Origin: an uncultured Bacilli bacterium
Lineage (GTDB): Bacteria > Bacillota_I > Bacilli_A > RF39 > UBA660
DNA length: 64,000 nt
Reading direction: 5' to 3'
NCBI GenBank assembly: GCA_934141145.1
Contig: CAKPCA010000004.1
Span: 802 to 64,801 of the forward strand
The stretch's first letter is position 1. Each line of letters starts with the position of its first letter. The notes under the pieces were generated by a model, which was given only the letters and a program-made list of their open reading frames with translations, made no database searches and had not been told where the DNA came from. A program made the position numbers and the translations under genes. Positions 1 through 9,876 of the stretch are shown piece by piece.

Positions 1-1031
1 ACTATATTATCAACTTTTACACTAGAATTATCTACTGTAGGCGCTAAAAAATGAGAATTTAATGCTTCTTTAATTTTCTCAAAAACTAAATTTTTTAAAT
101 CATCAAAATTACTAAATTTAATATCCATTTTTGATGGATGAACATTAACATCTGTTAATGATGGATCAACATCAATATTTAAAACTACTACTGGATATCT
201 ATTATCAAATTTATATTTATGATATGCATCATTTATTACTTTATTAAGTTCTGAATTTCTAACTACTCTTCCATTTACTATAGTTATTATATGATTTCTA
301 TTAGACTTAGTAATTTCAGGAAGTGATACATAGCCATATACTTCATAATCATTTGTTTCGCCTTTAACTAAAAGCATTTTTTTAGAAGTTTTAACACCAT
401 ATATATCATTTATTGTTTTAAGTAAATTACCACTTCCACTAGTTTTAAGTACAACATTCCCGTCATTAATAAGTGTAAATCTAATATTTGTATGTGATAG
501 TGCTTCTCTACTTACAACCTGCGTAACATTAGCAAGTTCTGTATATAAACTATTTAAATATTTAAGTCTAGCAGGTGTATTATAAAATAAATCTTTTACT
601 TCTATAATAGTCCCTCTTCTCATTTCACCATTTTCTTTTTTTACTAAATCTCCTGCTTCAAGTGTATAAATAACGCTATCTACTCCATCACAAGAAGATA
701 TAACAACGTTTGATACACTTGCGATTGATGGAAGAGCTTCACCTCTAAATCCTAATGTATTTATATTAAACAAATCATCTTCATCTTTAATCTTACTAGT
801 TGCATGTGAACCAAAACAAAGAAGTGCATCATCTTTGTCCATTCCAATACCATTATCAGTTACTTTTATTGATTTTACACCTGATGATTTCAATTCTATT
901 TTAATCTCTGATGCTTTAGCATCAATACTATTTTCTACAAGTTCTTTAACAACTGAAGCACATTTTTCTACTACTTCACCAGCCGCAATTTTATTTGCGA
1001 GTGATTCACTCATTACTCTTATTTTTCCCAT
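1..1031 (-). CDS. mutL: DNA mismatch repair protein MutL, N-terminal ATPase part (C-terminus lies outside the window)
   Basis: My own minus-strand translation from the ATG at 1031-1029 gives MGKIRVMSESLANKIAAGEVVEKCASVVKELVENSIDAKASEIKIEL...DNGIGMDKDD. This is the GHKL ATPase signature of MutL. The ORF is missing from the supplied track because it runs off the window edge. Confidence 0.85.
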   Translation of the reverse strand, partial: MGKIRVMSESLANKIAAGEVVEKCASVVKELVENSIDAKASEIKIELKSSGVKSIKVTDNGIGMDKDDALLCFGSHATSKIKDEDDLFNINTLGFRGEALPSIASVSNVVISSCDGVDSVIYTLEAGDLVKKENGEMRRGTIIEVKDLFYNTPARLKYLNSLYTELANVTQVVSREALSHTNIRFTLINDGNVVLKTSGSGNLLKTINDIYGVKTSKKMLLVKGETNDYEVYGYVSLPEITKSNRNHIITIVNGRVVRNSELNKVINDAYHKYKFDNRYPVVVLNIDVDPSLTDVNVHPSKMDIKFSNFDDLKNLVFEKIKEALNSHFLAPTVDNSSVKVDNI

Positions 1032-1104
1032 ATACTACACCTACTTACTACTTAATTATAACATATTATTTATCATTATTTAATATAATATTACAGGTGA
1101 AAAT

Positions 1105-2049
1105 ATGAAAATAAACTATAAGAATAAAATATGTAATGATCACTTATATTTAGGAAATAAAATAACTAATAATTATTTTGAAGGTTGGTATTTTAAACAC
1201 GTAAGTAAAAATAAAAAATATTCATTATCTTTTATAATAGGTATTTCTAAATCAAATAAAGAAGAAGTTTTTATTCAAGTAATAGAAAATATAACTAATA
1301 AATCTTATTATATTAAATATGATATTAAAGATTTTGAATATAGTAATGATCCTTTTTACATAAAAATTAAAAATAATTATTTTTCTCTTAATAAAATAGT
1401 AATTGATATTAATGATAAAATTACTATAAAAGGAATAATAAATTATTCTAATTTAACTAAAATAAATAAAAATATATATTCACCTAATATTATGGGTCCA
1501 TTTGCGTACCTAACTAATATGGAATGTAATCACTCTGTTATTAGTTTAAGACATAAACTAAATGGACAAATAAATATTAATGATAATACAATTAATTTTG
1601 ATAATGGAACTGGATATATAGAAAAAGATTATGGAAATAGTTTTCCTAAAAAATATATATGGCTTCAAGATAATACAAATAAAAATAGTAGTATATTTTT
1701 TTCTATGGCACATATTCCTGTATTAAAATTTGGATTTACTGGTATAATCAGCATTCTTGAAGTAAATAAAAAACAATATAGATTTGCTAGTTACTATTTA
1801 GCTAGAGTAAATTTAAAAAAAATAAATGATAATAAATATATAATTACAGTTAAACAAGGACTAAAAAAACTTATAATAAATCTTGATTATTATAAGTCTA
1901 ATAAATTATCTTCTCCAGTTAATGGAAATATGAATGGAGTAATAAAAGAAAGTTTAAATAGCAAATGCACTATTTCATTATATAAACTAAATAAAAAAAT
2001 ATTTGAAGATAACTTTACTTCATGCGCAGCAGAAGTATTTAATTACTAA
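1105..2049 (+). CDS. Hypothetical protein, tocopherol-cyclase-like family
   Basis: 314-aa ORF preceded by the RBS AGGTGA. The N-terminal YFEGWYFKH motif resembles the tocopherol cyclase family signature. The function in a Firmicute is unknown. Confidence 0.45.
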   Translation: MKINYKNKICNDHLYLGNKITNNYFEGWYFKHVSKNKKYSLSFIIGISKSNKEEVFIQVIENITNKSYYIKYDIKDFEYSNDPFYIKIKNNYFSLNKIVIDINDKITIKGIINYSNLTKINKNIYSPNIMGPFAYLTNMECNHSVISLRHKLNGQININDNTINFDNGTGYIEKDYGNSFPKKYIWLQDNTNKNSSIFFSMAHIPVLKFGFTGIISILEVNKKQYRFASYYLARVNLKKINDNKYIITVKQGLKKLIINLDYYKSNKLSSPVNGNMNGVIKESLNSKCTISLYKLNKKIFEDNFTSCAAEVFNY

Positions 2050-2109
2050 AGAGGATAATAACTAACACTAAAAATATATAATGTGTAATCATATTAATTC
2101 TGCTATTTT

Positions 2110-2130
2110 AAAGTGCAAATATTGCACTTT
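2110..2130. terminator. Bidirectional hairpin terminator between convergent genes
   Basis: AAAGTGCAA-ATA-TTGCACTTT is a perfect 9-bp stem flanked by T- and A-runs. It lies between the stops at 2049 (+) and 2171 (-). Confidence 0.6.
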
Positions 2131-2170
2131 AAACATTCTTTTTTTGCACTTTAAAAATTTAACAATTTTA

Positions 2171-3205
2171 TTAATTTAAATTAATCTTTTCAATATTATC
2201 ATTATATTCCTTACTATTATAAGATATATATTTTTCATATGCTAATCTTGAATACATAAATGAAAAAGGTATATTATTTTTTTTACATATTTCATCTTTT
2301 TTATCTAGATTATTTATAATTTCATTCCATATTTCCTTATCAATCATTTTATTAAGTGCAAATTCATCTGCTTCTTTCTCCATATCATCTTCTATAATAA
2401 TTTTACTAATTAATTTATTATAGTTTGTTTTAATATGGCATAACTCATGATATAAAGTAAAATATAAAGATGATTTTTCTTTAAAATATGTTGTTAAATA
2501 TATAACTGGATTATTACCTTTAACCATAGAACATCCTCTTACTTTTGTACCTGTCAATGCATCAGCAATACATAAAATAATTCCATATGAATTAAGTAAA
2601 TTAATTAATCTATCTTTATTAAAAAGTTTTAAACTTTCTTTTTTTAAATCAAAAAATAAATCATCCAACCTTTTTGAAGAATATTCACATATACTTGTAT
2701 TTTCAATTAAATTATCACAATATCTAATCCATAAATATATTTTTCTTATATCCGCGTCATTTCTTTTTTTAAATAAAATCTTTTTATTCACATAATTTTT
2801 ATAAACATCAAAATTTTTTACTTTCATAAAATTTAGTAAATCAATACTATTTTGAACTACAGAAGATTTATCTTTTAAAACAAGCCATTTTCTTTTATTC
2901 ATTTCATTTATATAAAATGAATTTAAAAATTCTTTTATTTCTTTTTCAGAAGAAAATTTACTATATAAATAATTATGAACATCTTTTTTAAATTCAACCA
3001 AAAAAATAAGATTTATATCTATATCTGTAAGTAAACTTATCGCAATCATTAAATCTTCTGATAATTTAGTATTACCATTAATTATTTCATTCATATGTTT
3101 TTTAGATATACCTAATCGGTCTGCAAAATCTGTTTGAGTTATCTTATGATATTCTAAATAATCATTTAATATTGATCCAAATCCTTTCATATTATCCCTC
3201 CCCAT
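2171..3205 (-). CDS. XRE-family HTH fused to an ImmA/IrrE-type (COG2856) zinc metallopeptidase domain; putative antitoxin or regulator
   Basis: The N-terminal HTH reads ITQTDFADRLGISKKHMNEIINGNTKLSEDLMIAISLLT (HigA-like). An HExxH motif (YHELCHI) sits in the C-terminal half. The gene overlaps the upstream small gene by 14 nt. Confidence 0.75.
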   Translation of the reverse strand: MGRDNMKGFGSILNDYLEYHKITQTDFADRLGISKKHMNEIINGNTKLSEDLMIAISLLTDIDINLIFLVEFKKDVHNYLYSKFSSEKEIKEFLNSFYINEMNKRKWLVLKDKSSVVQNSIDLLNFMKVKNFDVYKNYVNKKILFKKRNDADIRKIYLWIRYCDNLIENTSICEYSSKRLDDLFFDLKKESLKLFNKDRLINLLNSYGIILCIADALTGTKVRGCSMVKGNNPVIYLTTYFKEKSSLYFTLYHELCHIKTNYNKLISKIIIEDDMEKEADEFALNKMIDKEIWNEIINNLDKKDEICKKNNIPFSFMYSRLAYEKYISYNSKEYNDNIEKINLN

Positions 3206-3518
3206 AATGAGTATTATCTATATCACAAAAAATAATTTCTTCAATTTCAATTAAGTCATATGGATAATTACTGTTAGGTTTCATTAATAACCTCATTTTA
3301 TCATTTAACCTAGCTGTATAATATTCTTTTAAATCACCACTTTTTTTACTTATACCATAAATATTCCTAAGTGAATCATTCATTACTTCTTGAAAATTAT
3401 TTTTGCTAAGAAGGAAGTTTATTATATTTTCTATTCTCTCACTTTCTTTAGTCAAGTGTTTATTAACGATATTTTTTTTATAACTTCTATTATATTTAGT
3501 TGTTTTTGTTATAATCAT
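3192..3518 (-). CDS. Putative RelE/HigB/YafQ-like mRNA interferase toxin
   Basis: 108-aa basic protein lying upstream of, and overlapping, the HTH gene (the HigBA gene order). It has a YKKNIVNKH-type N-terminus and a C-terminal ...IIFCDIDNTHY pattern typical of RelE-fold toxins. The call rests on pattern only. Confidence 0.45.
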   Translation of the reverse strand: MIITKTTKYNRSYKKNIVNKHLTKESERIENIINFLLSKNNFQEVMNDSLRNIYGISKKSGDLKEYYTARLNDKMRLLMKPNSNYPYDLIEIEEIIFCDIDNTHYGEG

Positions 3519-3541
3519 GAGCTGCCACTTCCTTTAAATAT

Positions 3542-3570
3542 ATTATAACCTATCAGGTTATAATATACAA
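3542..3570 (-). promoter_or_regulatory. Sigma-A-type promoter overlapped by a perfect palindrome (candidate operator of the toxin-antitoxin operon)
   Basis: The minus strand reads TTGTAT (3570-3565), a 17-nt spacer, then TATAAT (3547-3542). The palindrome TATAACCT-3nt-AGGTTATA (3544-3562) spans the spacer and the -10 box. Confidence 0.45.
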
Positions 3571-3601
3571 TATAATTTTTAAAAAAAGATAATTATTATA
3601 A

Positions 3602-4045
3602 TTACCTTTTTATAATTTTAATAAGTAACATACTAATTAAACTACCTACGCTATCAATTAATACATCTAATACTTGTGCAGTTCTACCATATACAAATAA
3701 TTGATGTGTTTCATCTAACAATGCATATATTATGCATATAAATATTGATAAAAGTAATTTATGTTTTATTTTAGTGCAAGAAAATATACCATACACAAAC
3801 ACTCCAAGTAAGAAATAAATACTAAAATGAGCAAGTTTCCTAATTGGATAATTTAATTTAGTAATAACTTTTTCTTCATCTACTTCTTTATTAGTAACTT
3901 TTTCATATACTCTTACTGAATACCTAATTAAGTTTTTACTAGTACTATTAGATTCCATAGTATTCTTACTTGAAAAACAAAATATAGTTATCATACATAA
4001 TAACGCTAATAAAATATATATTATTATTTTTTTCATTTTTATCAC
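3602..4045 (-). CDS. VanZ-like family membrane protein
   Basis: 147 aa with four TM segments. Motifs KLAHFSIYFLLG and DETHQLFVYGRTAQVLDVLIDSVG are typical of the VanZ family. Confidence 0.7.
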   Translation of the reverse strand: MIKMKKIIIYILLALLCMITIFCFSSKNTMESNSTSKNLIRYSVRVYEKVTNKEVDEEKVITKLNYPIRKLAHFSIYFLLGVFVYGIFSCTKIKHKLLLSIFICIIYALLDETHQLFVYGRTAQVLDVLIDSVGSLISMLLIKIIKR

Positions 4046-4196
4046 CTAACTTGCATAGACAATATATCACAATTATATATTAAGGTCAAACAATTTCTTA
4101 AGTTAATTAATAAAAGAATCAAGTTATTTTTTAGCTTGATTCTTTACCTTATTATTTTTTGTTTTTATAACTTTTTTGTTATTTTTCTTTTTAACA

Positions 4197-5588
4197 TCAT
4201 TTGTTACTATATTTTGTTTTCTTATTTTTTTTATAAAATAAGAAATAATATATTAATACAAATATTATTAATAACTCAACTATAGATATAATAATAAAGT
4301 AATTAAATGATTTTTTAATACTACTACAAAATTCATTAATTGATTTATTATCTAATTTTGATCTTGATAATATTAAATCTTCTGCTTTATTTATATTAAA
4401 TTCAATCATATTATCTTTTACAACTATATCATTTTTAATTAATATAAAACTATTACTTTCTTTATCATATTTATAAATATTAACTTTATCATTATTGTTA
4501 AATTTTCCTGAAACATTTAATTTTATTATAGAATCACTAATATCTCCATTATATCCAAATATAACTTTATACATCTCAGAATAATTATTTTTTTTACGTA
4601 AGCTTTCTAAATCTTTATCAGAAAATGATATATTAGAATCAAATTCCTTTTTAAAATTCATATTATCACTTTTAAAGTTCCAAGAATAAACAATCTTATC
4701 ATTATCATACTTATTAATAATAATATTCTTTTTACTTGAATTTATCTTATCAATTATATCTTTTGATATTTTCAAATTATCTATTATTTTTATCTTAACA
4801 GTATCTTTAGTTGTACCATCAATTACTTCATTTATTTTATCTATTGTTGTTTCAACTACCTCATCTTTTCTTTTTACATTAATTTTATATGTTTTTTTAG
4901 TACCATCTTCACTTGTAACAATAACATTTATAGTATTATCCCCTACTTTTAAATCTTTATTGCCTTCAATATTTACTTTTGATGTAGACATATTTACTTT
5001 AGCATCTATATCAAGTGAATTAATATAATTTTCTATTTCAATATTATATTCTTCTTTATTTTTATCAAATCCAATATCATAATTTTTAACATTTAAACTA
5101 CTTAAAGTTGCATCATTTTTTATAGGTTCATTTTTTTTAGTATTAGATGAATTATTATATTTACTTGAATTCGATGGTTTACTTTGATTACTATTTTGTG
5201 AATTATTATTTGAAACGTTATTTGAACTAGTATTAGAATAAACATTTACACTTACACTTCTTGTTCCAGATAATGCTTCTTCATCATATGTTGCTGCGTC
5301 AGTTATTTTAACAATAATAGTAGCATTTCCATCATTTACACCAGTAACAGTTACTGTTACTGAATTATTATCAAGCCATGATGAACTAGTGCTTACTTTA
5401 GCAACTGATGAATTGCTTGAATAAATATCAACTCTTCCTGCCGCATTATTTGCGCTTACTACAAATGAAGAAGAACTTCCTTTTGCAATAGATAAACTTC
5501 CTCTATTAACACTAATACTTCCACTAGCAAATACATTTATAGGAAAAAAGCATAATAACATAATTAAAATTACTAAAAACTTTTTCAT
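4197..5588 (-). CDS. Secreted, C-terminally membrane-anchored surface protein with a cadherin-like beta-sandwich domain
   Basis: Features in order: signal peptide, an Ig-like N-terminal domain, an N/S-rich linker, a DATLSSLNV...YNIEI...GDNTINVIVTSEDGTKKTYKINVKR domain (cadherin-like pattern), and a C-terminal TM helix followed by a basic tail. Its start overlaps the upstream stop (TAATG). Confidence 0.6.
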   Translation of the reverse strand: MKKFLVILIMLLCFFPINVFASGSISVNRGSLSIAKGSSSSFVVSANNAAGRVDIYSSNSSVAKVSTSSSWLDNNSVTVTVTGVNDGNATIIVKITDAATYDEEALSGTRSVSVNVYSNTSSNNVSNNNSQNSNQSKPSNSSKYNNSSNTKKNEPIKNDATLSSLNVKNYDIGFDKNKEEYNIEIENYINSLDIDAKVNMSTSKVNIEGNKDLKVGDNTINVIVTSEDGTKKTYKINVKRKDEVVETTIDKINEVIDGTTKDTVKIKIIDNLKISKDIIDKINSSKKNIIINKYDNDKIVYSWNFKSDNMNFKKEFDSNISFSDKDLESLRKKNNYSEMYKVIFGYNGDISDSIIKLNVSGKFNNNDKVNIYKYDKESNSFILIKNDIVVKDNMIEFNINKAEDLILSRSKLDNKSINEFCSSIKKSFNYFIIISIVELLIIFVLIYYFLFYKKNKKTKYSNK

Positions 5589-8500
5589 TATTTACCTCCA
5601 TTCATAATATAATTTTTTATTCTTACATAATCTAATGCACTTATCTTTCCATCATTATTATAATCAGCTGATAATATAAATACATCTCCAGTGATTTTTT
5701 TAGTATTCATAATATGATTTTTTATTTTTACATAATCTAATGCATTAATATTACCATCACCATTAACATCACCTAAAACAGATGTATTATATATTTGAAC
5801 ATTACCTTCATCATCTGTATATGTTATAGTCATATTTGTTCTAATTAAATCATTATCTTTTAAGATATTGTTGTTACTCTTTATTATAGGATTATAATTT
5901 AAATTATTTTTAAATGTATTTATATTAATATTATTATTTAATTTATATATTATTTTTTTAGAACTATCATATGTATATTTATAAGTTATTGGTCTATTTT
6001 CTTTTTCCTTTACAGTAATATTATAAGTAGCCGTTTTATTCATTACTTTAGCAGTTATAACAGCATTACCTATTCCTTTAGCAGTTACAACTCCGTTATT
6101 AATAGTTGCAACATTATTATTACTACTTGTCCATGTTACATTTTTATTATCAGTTGTATTACTTGGATTATAAGACACTACTAGATTTTCTGTTTCACCT
6201 ATATATTTTGTACCACTAGTTTTATTTAAGTTAATGCTTTTAAGTGGGTTTAATATTACTTTTTCAATTACTTCATAATTAAATGTATTACTAATTCCTT
6301 CATATGTTATAGTAGCACTATAACTACCCACTTTATTTGTATTAAAATTAGTTATAGTATATTCATTATTACTAAGTTCTTTTCTATTTTTAGTATAATT
6401 AGCAATTACTTTTAAACCAGTTAAATCTACATTATCACCAACTGTATAAGTTGTTTTATTTGGTGATGTAATACTTAAAGATAATAAACTATTATTTGAT
6501 TCTTTATACTTTATATGAGTTATATCGTCTTTTATATATGAAATATATAATCTATTACCTATAGAAAATACACCACTATAATCTGCATTTACACCACTTG
6601 CAATATTATTTCCTTCCATTGTAACTTTATCGGATAATGAATAAACCATTAATACATTATCATTACTATATATATCAGTTGGATCTTTAATTGTTCTTAA
6701 ATAAAGATTACCTTGTGATTTAAATAATTGTGGTAAATTATATGGAATTGTTTCAGTTTTCTTTTTAAAATTAGTTCCATCAAATTCATATAATTCAATA
6801 TCACCAGTATTTTTACCAGCAATAATTATTTTATTATTTAAATCTTTCGCATCATATGAATTAACTAATATATCATTATTAATTTCTTTAAGAATATTAT
6901 TACCATATTCATATATTTTTATCTTTTTAGTACTTGATTCTCTTACCATTAAATATATTTTAGTATTAATTGATAAAACTTTTGGATCACCAACAAATGA
7001 ACCACTATAATAATTAGTTACTTTAGTTATATTATCATCTTTATATTTTAATAATTCAGCATTATTATTGTCATACATATTAGCAATATATAATTCATTA
7101 TTTATTACTTCAGTACTCATATAACCAGTTGAATAATTATATTCTGCTCTTTTTTTCCATACATTATTTTCTAAAGAATAAACACCTATTTTATTCCAAC
7201 AACCATATATTAAATATAATTTATTATTAATTATTTTAAATTCCATTGTACTTGGAGATACATCACCAATAACAATATTAGTACCATTTGATATAGTACT
7301 CCAATTACCATTATCATAAACAGTAGTATATAATTTATTATTTGTTATTGAACCCACATATATTTTATTATTCATTTCTATAGATGTTTGAACTTTATAA
7401 CCACTATTTTTATTAATATCATCATATTTTAATTCATTCCAAACATCTAAATCATCTTTATTTGGAATACTTACATTTAATGTAATACTGTTTGAACTTG
7501 ATGAACCTATTTCACTAAGTACTATACCTGAATTAGTTCCATCACTATATAATAATGCTTTATCTTTACTATTTAAATCACTATTACCTACAGTTGTTCT
7601 ACCAAGTTCTTTAGAAAAAACTGTATTATAAACTGCTGAAGATGGAGTACTATTTAAAGCAAAAGAATTATCTCTATATACATATACACCATATGAACCA
7701 AATTTATTACTTAAACCAGTTATTGTTGTATTAATTCTATATACAATAACACCACTATTACTTATACTTCTGTCTATCTTATCAAATAAAGTTGGTTTCT
7801 TTCTATATTCTACAACAAAAAATTCATAATCATTTAATGGTGATTTAATTATATATGCTTGATTACCATCTTTATTATCTTGAGTATTTAATGTAATAGT
7901 TCCAGATTTAGTAATTTCATCAATACTAAGCCAATTTGTAAAATAACTTCTTAAATAAGCAAGTGAATATGGAGGTGGTGAAATAACATTACCCATAATA
8001 TCCCAAGTAAATACTGGATAATCATTATTACTATTATATAAATCAGGATAACCTAAAGAATGCATAAATTCATGAATAATAACAGAACTCTTAGTATTTC
8101 TAATTGAATATGTATTAAGCATATTATAAGTACCTAAAGACTTATTAGATAATGTTATATCATTACCACCAGGATAATCACTCTTATGAGATACAAGAGA
8201 TGAATTAGAACCAGCATTATCAGCTTTATTCCTTAAAATAATAGTTAAATTATCAACAATACCATCATTATCATAATCAATTGTTCCACTAACATTTGGA
8301 TATTTTTTTAAAACATCACTAATAATAATTGAATCATAATTAGAATTATTCGCATCATCTTCTGTAATACTAAGTTCAATTGGAATAAAAGTACTATCAT
8401 TTATTTGAGGAAATAAATTATATAAATGAAAATTATTATAAGATATATTCTCTAAATAATTCTTAACACTAGTTTCACTAGAACCATTATAATACTCCAT

Positions 8501-8671
8501 TATAGTTTTATAATTATCTTCCATATATTTTTTACCCTCTAAATCACCATTAAAATATGTAAAAAATACTACGTTAGCATAATTTCTTTCATTATTAACA
8601 CTTTTAGCATATATATTACTAGGAAATAATAATATAATTATCATAATTAATATACATAAAAACTTCTTCAT
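5588..8671 (-). CDS. Secreted M6 (immune inhibitor A)-like zinc metalloprotease with beta-propeller-like repeats, Ig-like domains and a C-terminal type I dockerin
   Basis: Signal peptide, then the zinc motif VIIHEFMHSLGYPDLY. Repeated NNKLY / NNELY blades suggest a kelch-like propeller. There is a Big_2-like VTWTSSNNNVATINNGVVTAKGIGNAVITAKV segment. The C-terminal duplicated segment GDVNGDGNINALDYVKIKNHIM ... DYNNDGKISALDYVRIKNYIM is a dockerin. Confidence 0.7.
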   Translation of the reverse strand: MKKFLCILIMIIILLFPSNIYAKSVNNERNYANVVFFTYFNGDLEGKKYMEDNYKTIMEYYNGSSETSVKNYLENISYNNFHLYNLFPQINDSTFIPIELSITEDDANNSNYDSIIISDVLKKYPNVSGTIDYDNDGIVDNLTIILRNKADNAGSNSSLVSHKSDYPGGNDITLSNKSLGTYNMLNTYSIRNTKSSVIIHEFMHSLGYPDLYNSNNDYPVFTWDIMGNVISPPPYSLAYLRSYFTNWLSIDEITKSGTITLNTQDNKDGNQAYIIKSPLNDYEFFVVEYRKKPTLFDKIDRSISNSGVIVYRINTTITGLSNKFGSYGVYVYRDNSFALNSTPSSAVYNTVFSKELGRTTVGNSDLNSKDKALLYSDGTNSGIVLSEIGSSSSNSITLNVSIPNKDDLDVWNELKYDDINKNSGYKVQTSIEMNNKIYVGSITNNKLYTTVYDNGNWSTISNGTNIVIGDVSPSTMEFKIINNKLYLIYGCWNKIGVYSLENNVWKKRAEYNYSTGYMSTEVINNELYIANMYDNNNAELLKYKDDNITKVTNYYSGSFVGDPKVLSINTKIYLMVRESSTKKIKIYEYGNNILKEINNDILVNSYDAKDLNNKIIIAGKNTGDIELYEFDGTNFKKKTETIPYNLPQLFKSQGNLYLRTIKDPTDIYSNDNVLMVYSLSDKVTMEGNNIASGVNADYSGVFSIGNRLYISYIKDDITHIKYKESNNSLLSLSITSPNKTTYTVGDNVDLTGLKVIANYTKNRKELSNNEYTITNFNTNKVGSYSATITYEGISNTFNYEVIEKVILNPLKSINLNKTSGTKYIGETENLVVSYNPSNTTDNKNVTWTSSNNNVATINNGVVTAKGIGNAVITAKVMNKTATYNITVKEKENRPITYKYTYDSSKKIIYKLNNNININTFKNNLNYNPIIKSNNNILKDNDLIRTNMTITYTDDEGNVQIYNTSVLGDVNGDGNINALDYVKIKNHIMNTKKITGDVFILSADYNNDGKISALDYVRIKNYIMNGGK

Positions 8672-8926
8672 AAAACACCTACTACATCTTTTAATAATTA
8701 TAACAAATATATTTTAAATTTTTAATAGTTAATATAAAAAAATCAAGTTATTTTTACTTAATTTTTGATTAAATGTAAGTATTTGGAAATATTTTAAAAT
8801 AAATATACTAAAATAAGCAGATTTTCTAACTGAATAAAATGAATATCTAATTAAATTTTTTTAATACTATTACATTTAATAATATTTTTTACATTTTAAT
8901 CACTTATAATAACTAAATTACTTCAT

Positions 8927-9097
8927 TTTTGTGATATTTAATAATTATATCATCTGTTATTTCTTTATTATAAAGTTCTCCTTCACCTGATTTTGACCAT
9001 GGACTAGATTTACTATGAACTAATCTTACTAATTCAGATGTAAATAAATTACCATATTTATCTAACGTCTTATCAATACTAATCACTTTTTCATACC
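8927..9097 (-). pseudogene. Possible C-terminal remnant of a Panacea/DUF4065 (SocA-like antitoxin) domain gene
   Basis: My own translation gives WYEKVISIDKTLDKYGNLFTSELVRLVHSKSSPWSKSGEGELYNKEITDDIIIKYHKNEVI-stop. The ...L..L.H....PW... tail resembles Panacea domain C-termini. No N-terminal part is present, and the fragment abuts the IS remnant. Confidence 0.25.
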
Positions 9098-9790
9098 ATC
9101 TTTAGAAGATATAATTCTACTTCTAACTGACATAAGTTTCAATCCATTAGAGGATAAAATTGAATTGTCTGGCGAAATACAGTCAGATGAAAAATATTTT
9201 TCTATAAATTTAAAAGGAACTAGCTCTAATTAAATGCCAAGATTTTCAAAGAAAAGAACATCAACTTCTTCATTATATAGAGGAATAAATCATCATAAAA
9301 TATGTGTTGTGTCTAGTATAGATGAAAAAGATAATTTATTATTAAAGATAACTGGACTTGGTAGATGTACTACTGAAATGTTAGAAAACATTTTAGGTAA
9401 AAAATTAAAGAATGCAAAATCTATAAATGTTGATAGTGCAAGTGCATATCAAGAATTTTGTTTAAAGCATAATTTGAAATTAAATGCAGTGCCATCTGGA
9501 TTTCATAGTAATGGACAAATTAATATTTCAGAAATAAATGGAGTCCATTCGCAGTTAGAAGTTTGATTAAGCAAATTTAGAGGTGTATCAACAAGATATT
9601 TACAAGAATATTTAAACTGGTTTACATATATATTTATCATAAAAAAAAGATTCAATTTAAATAAATTAAAAACTGAATCTTATTCTAATATAATAATTGA
9701 TAACAATTATATTAATTCAAATAAAATATTTTCTATGGAAATGCCTATTGACTTAAATATTGTATATGCTGAATATGCCAATCAGTCATA
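9095..9790 (+). pseudogene. IS1595-family (ISXO2-like DDE) transposase remnant, 5'-truncated with two in-frame stops
   Basis: One frame reads ...LSGEIQSDEKYFSINLKGTSSN-TAA-MPRFSKKRTS...HSQLEV-TGA-LSKFRGVSTRYLQEYLNWF... These are the DEtyf, RG(i)s and fRGVS.kYL..YL.WF signatures of IS1595 transposases. The zinc-ribbon N-terminus is missing, and I identified no terminal inverted repeats. Confidence 0.6.
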
Positions 9791-9876
9791 ATATTTAACA
9801 CAACCTTCTAAAAAAAATATTATTATAACATCCTGTGCAATATATAATAATATAAAACAATATATATTGCTATACT

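Noticed and set aside
835-1083. An 82-aa plus-strand ORF from the supplied track.
   Set aside because: It lies antisense within the 5' end of mutL, whose minus-strand translation is unmistakable. The ORF has a low-complexity composition and no RBS, so it is a shadow ORF.
9564-9566. An in-frame TGA at a conserved Trp position of the IS1595 remnant, which raised the idea of genetic code 4 (TGA read as Trp).
   Set aside because: Every long housekeeping ORF in the window (valS, smc, uvrC, alaS and others) is intact under the standard code. All their Trp residues are encoded by TGG. The IS fragment also has an in-frame TAA and is 5'-truncated. Simple pseudogene decay explains the TGA.
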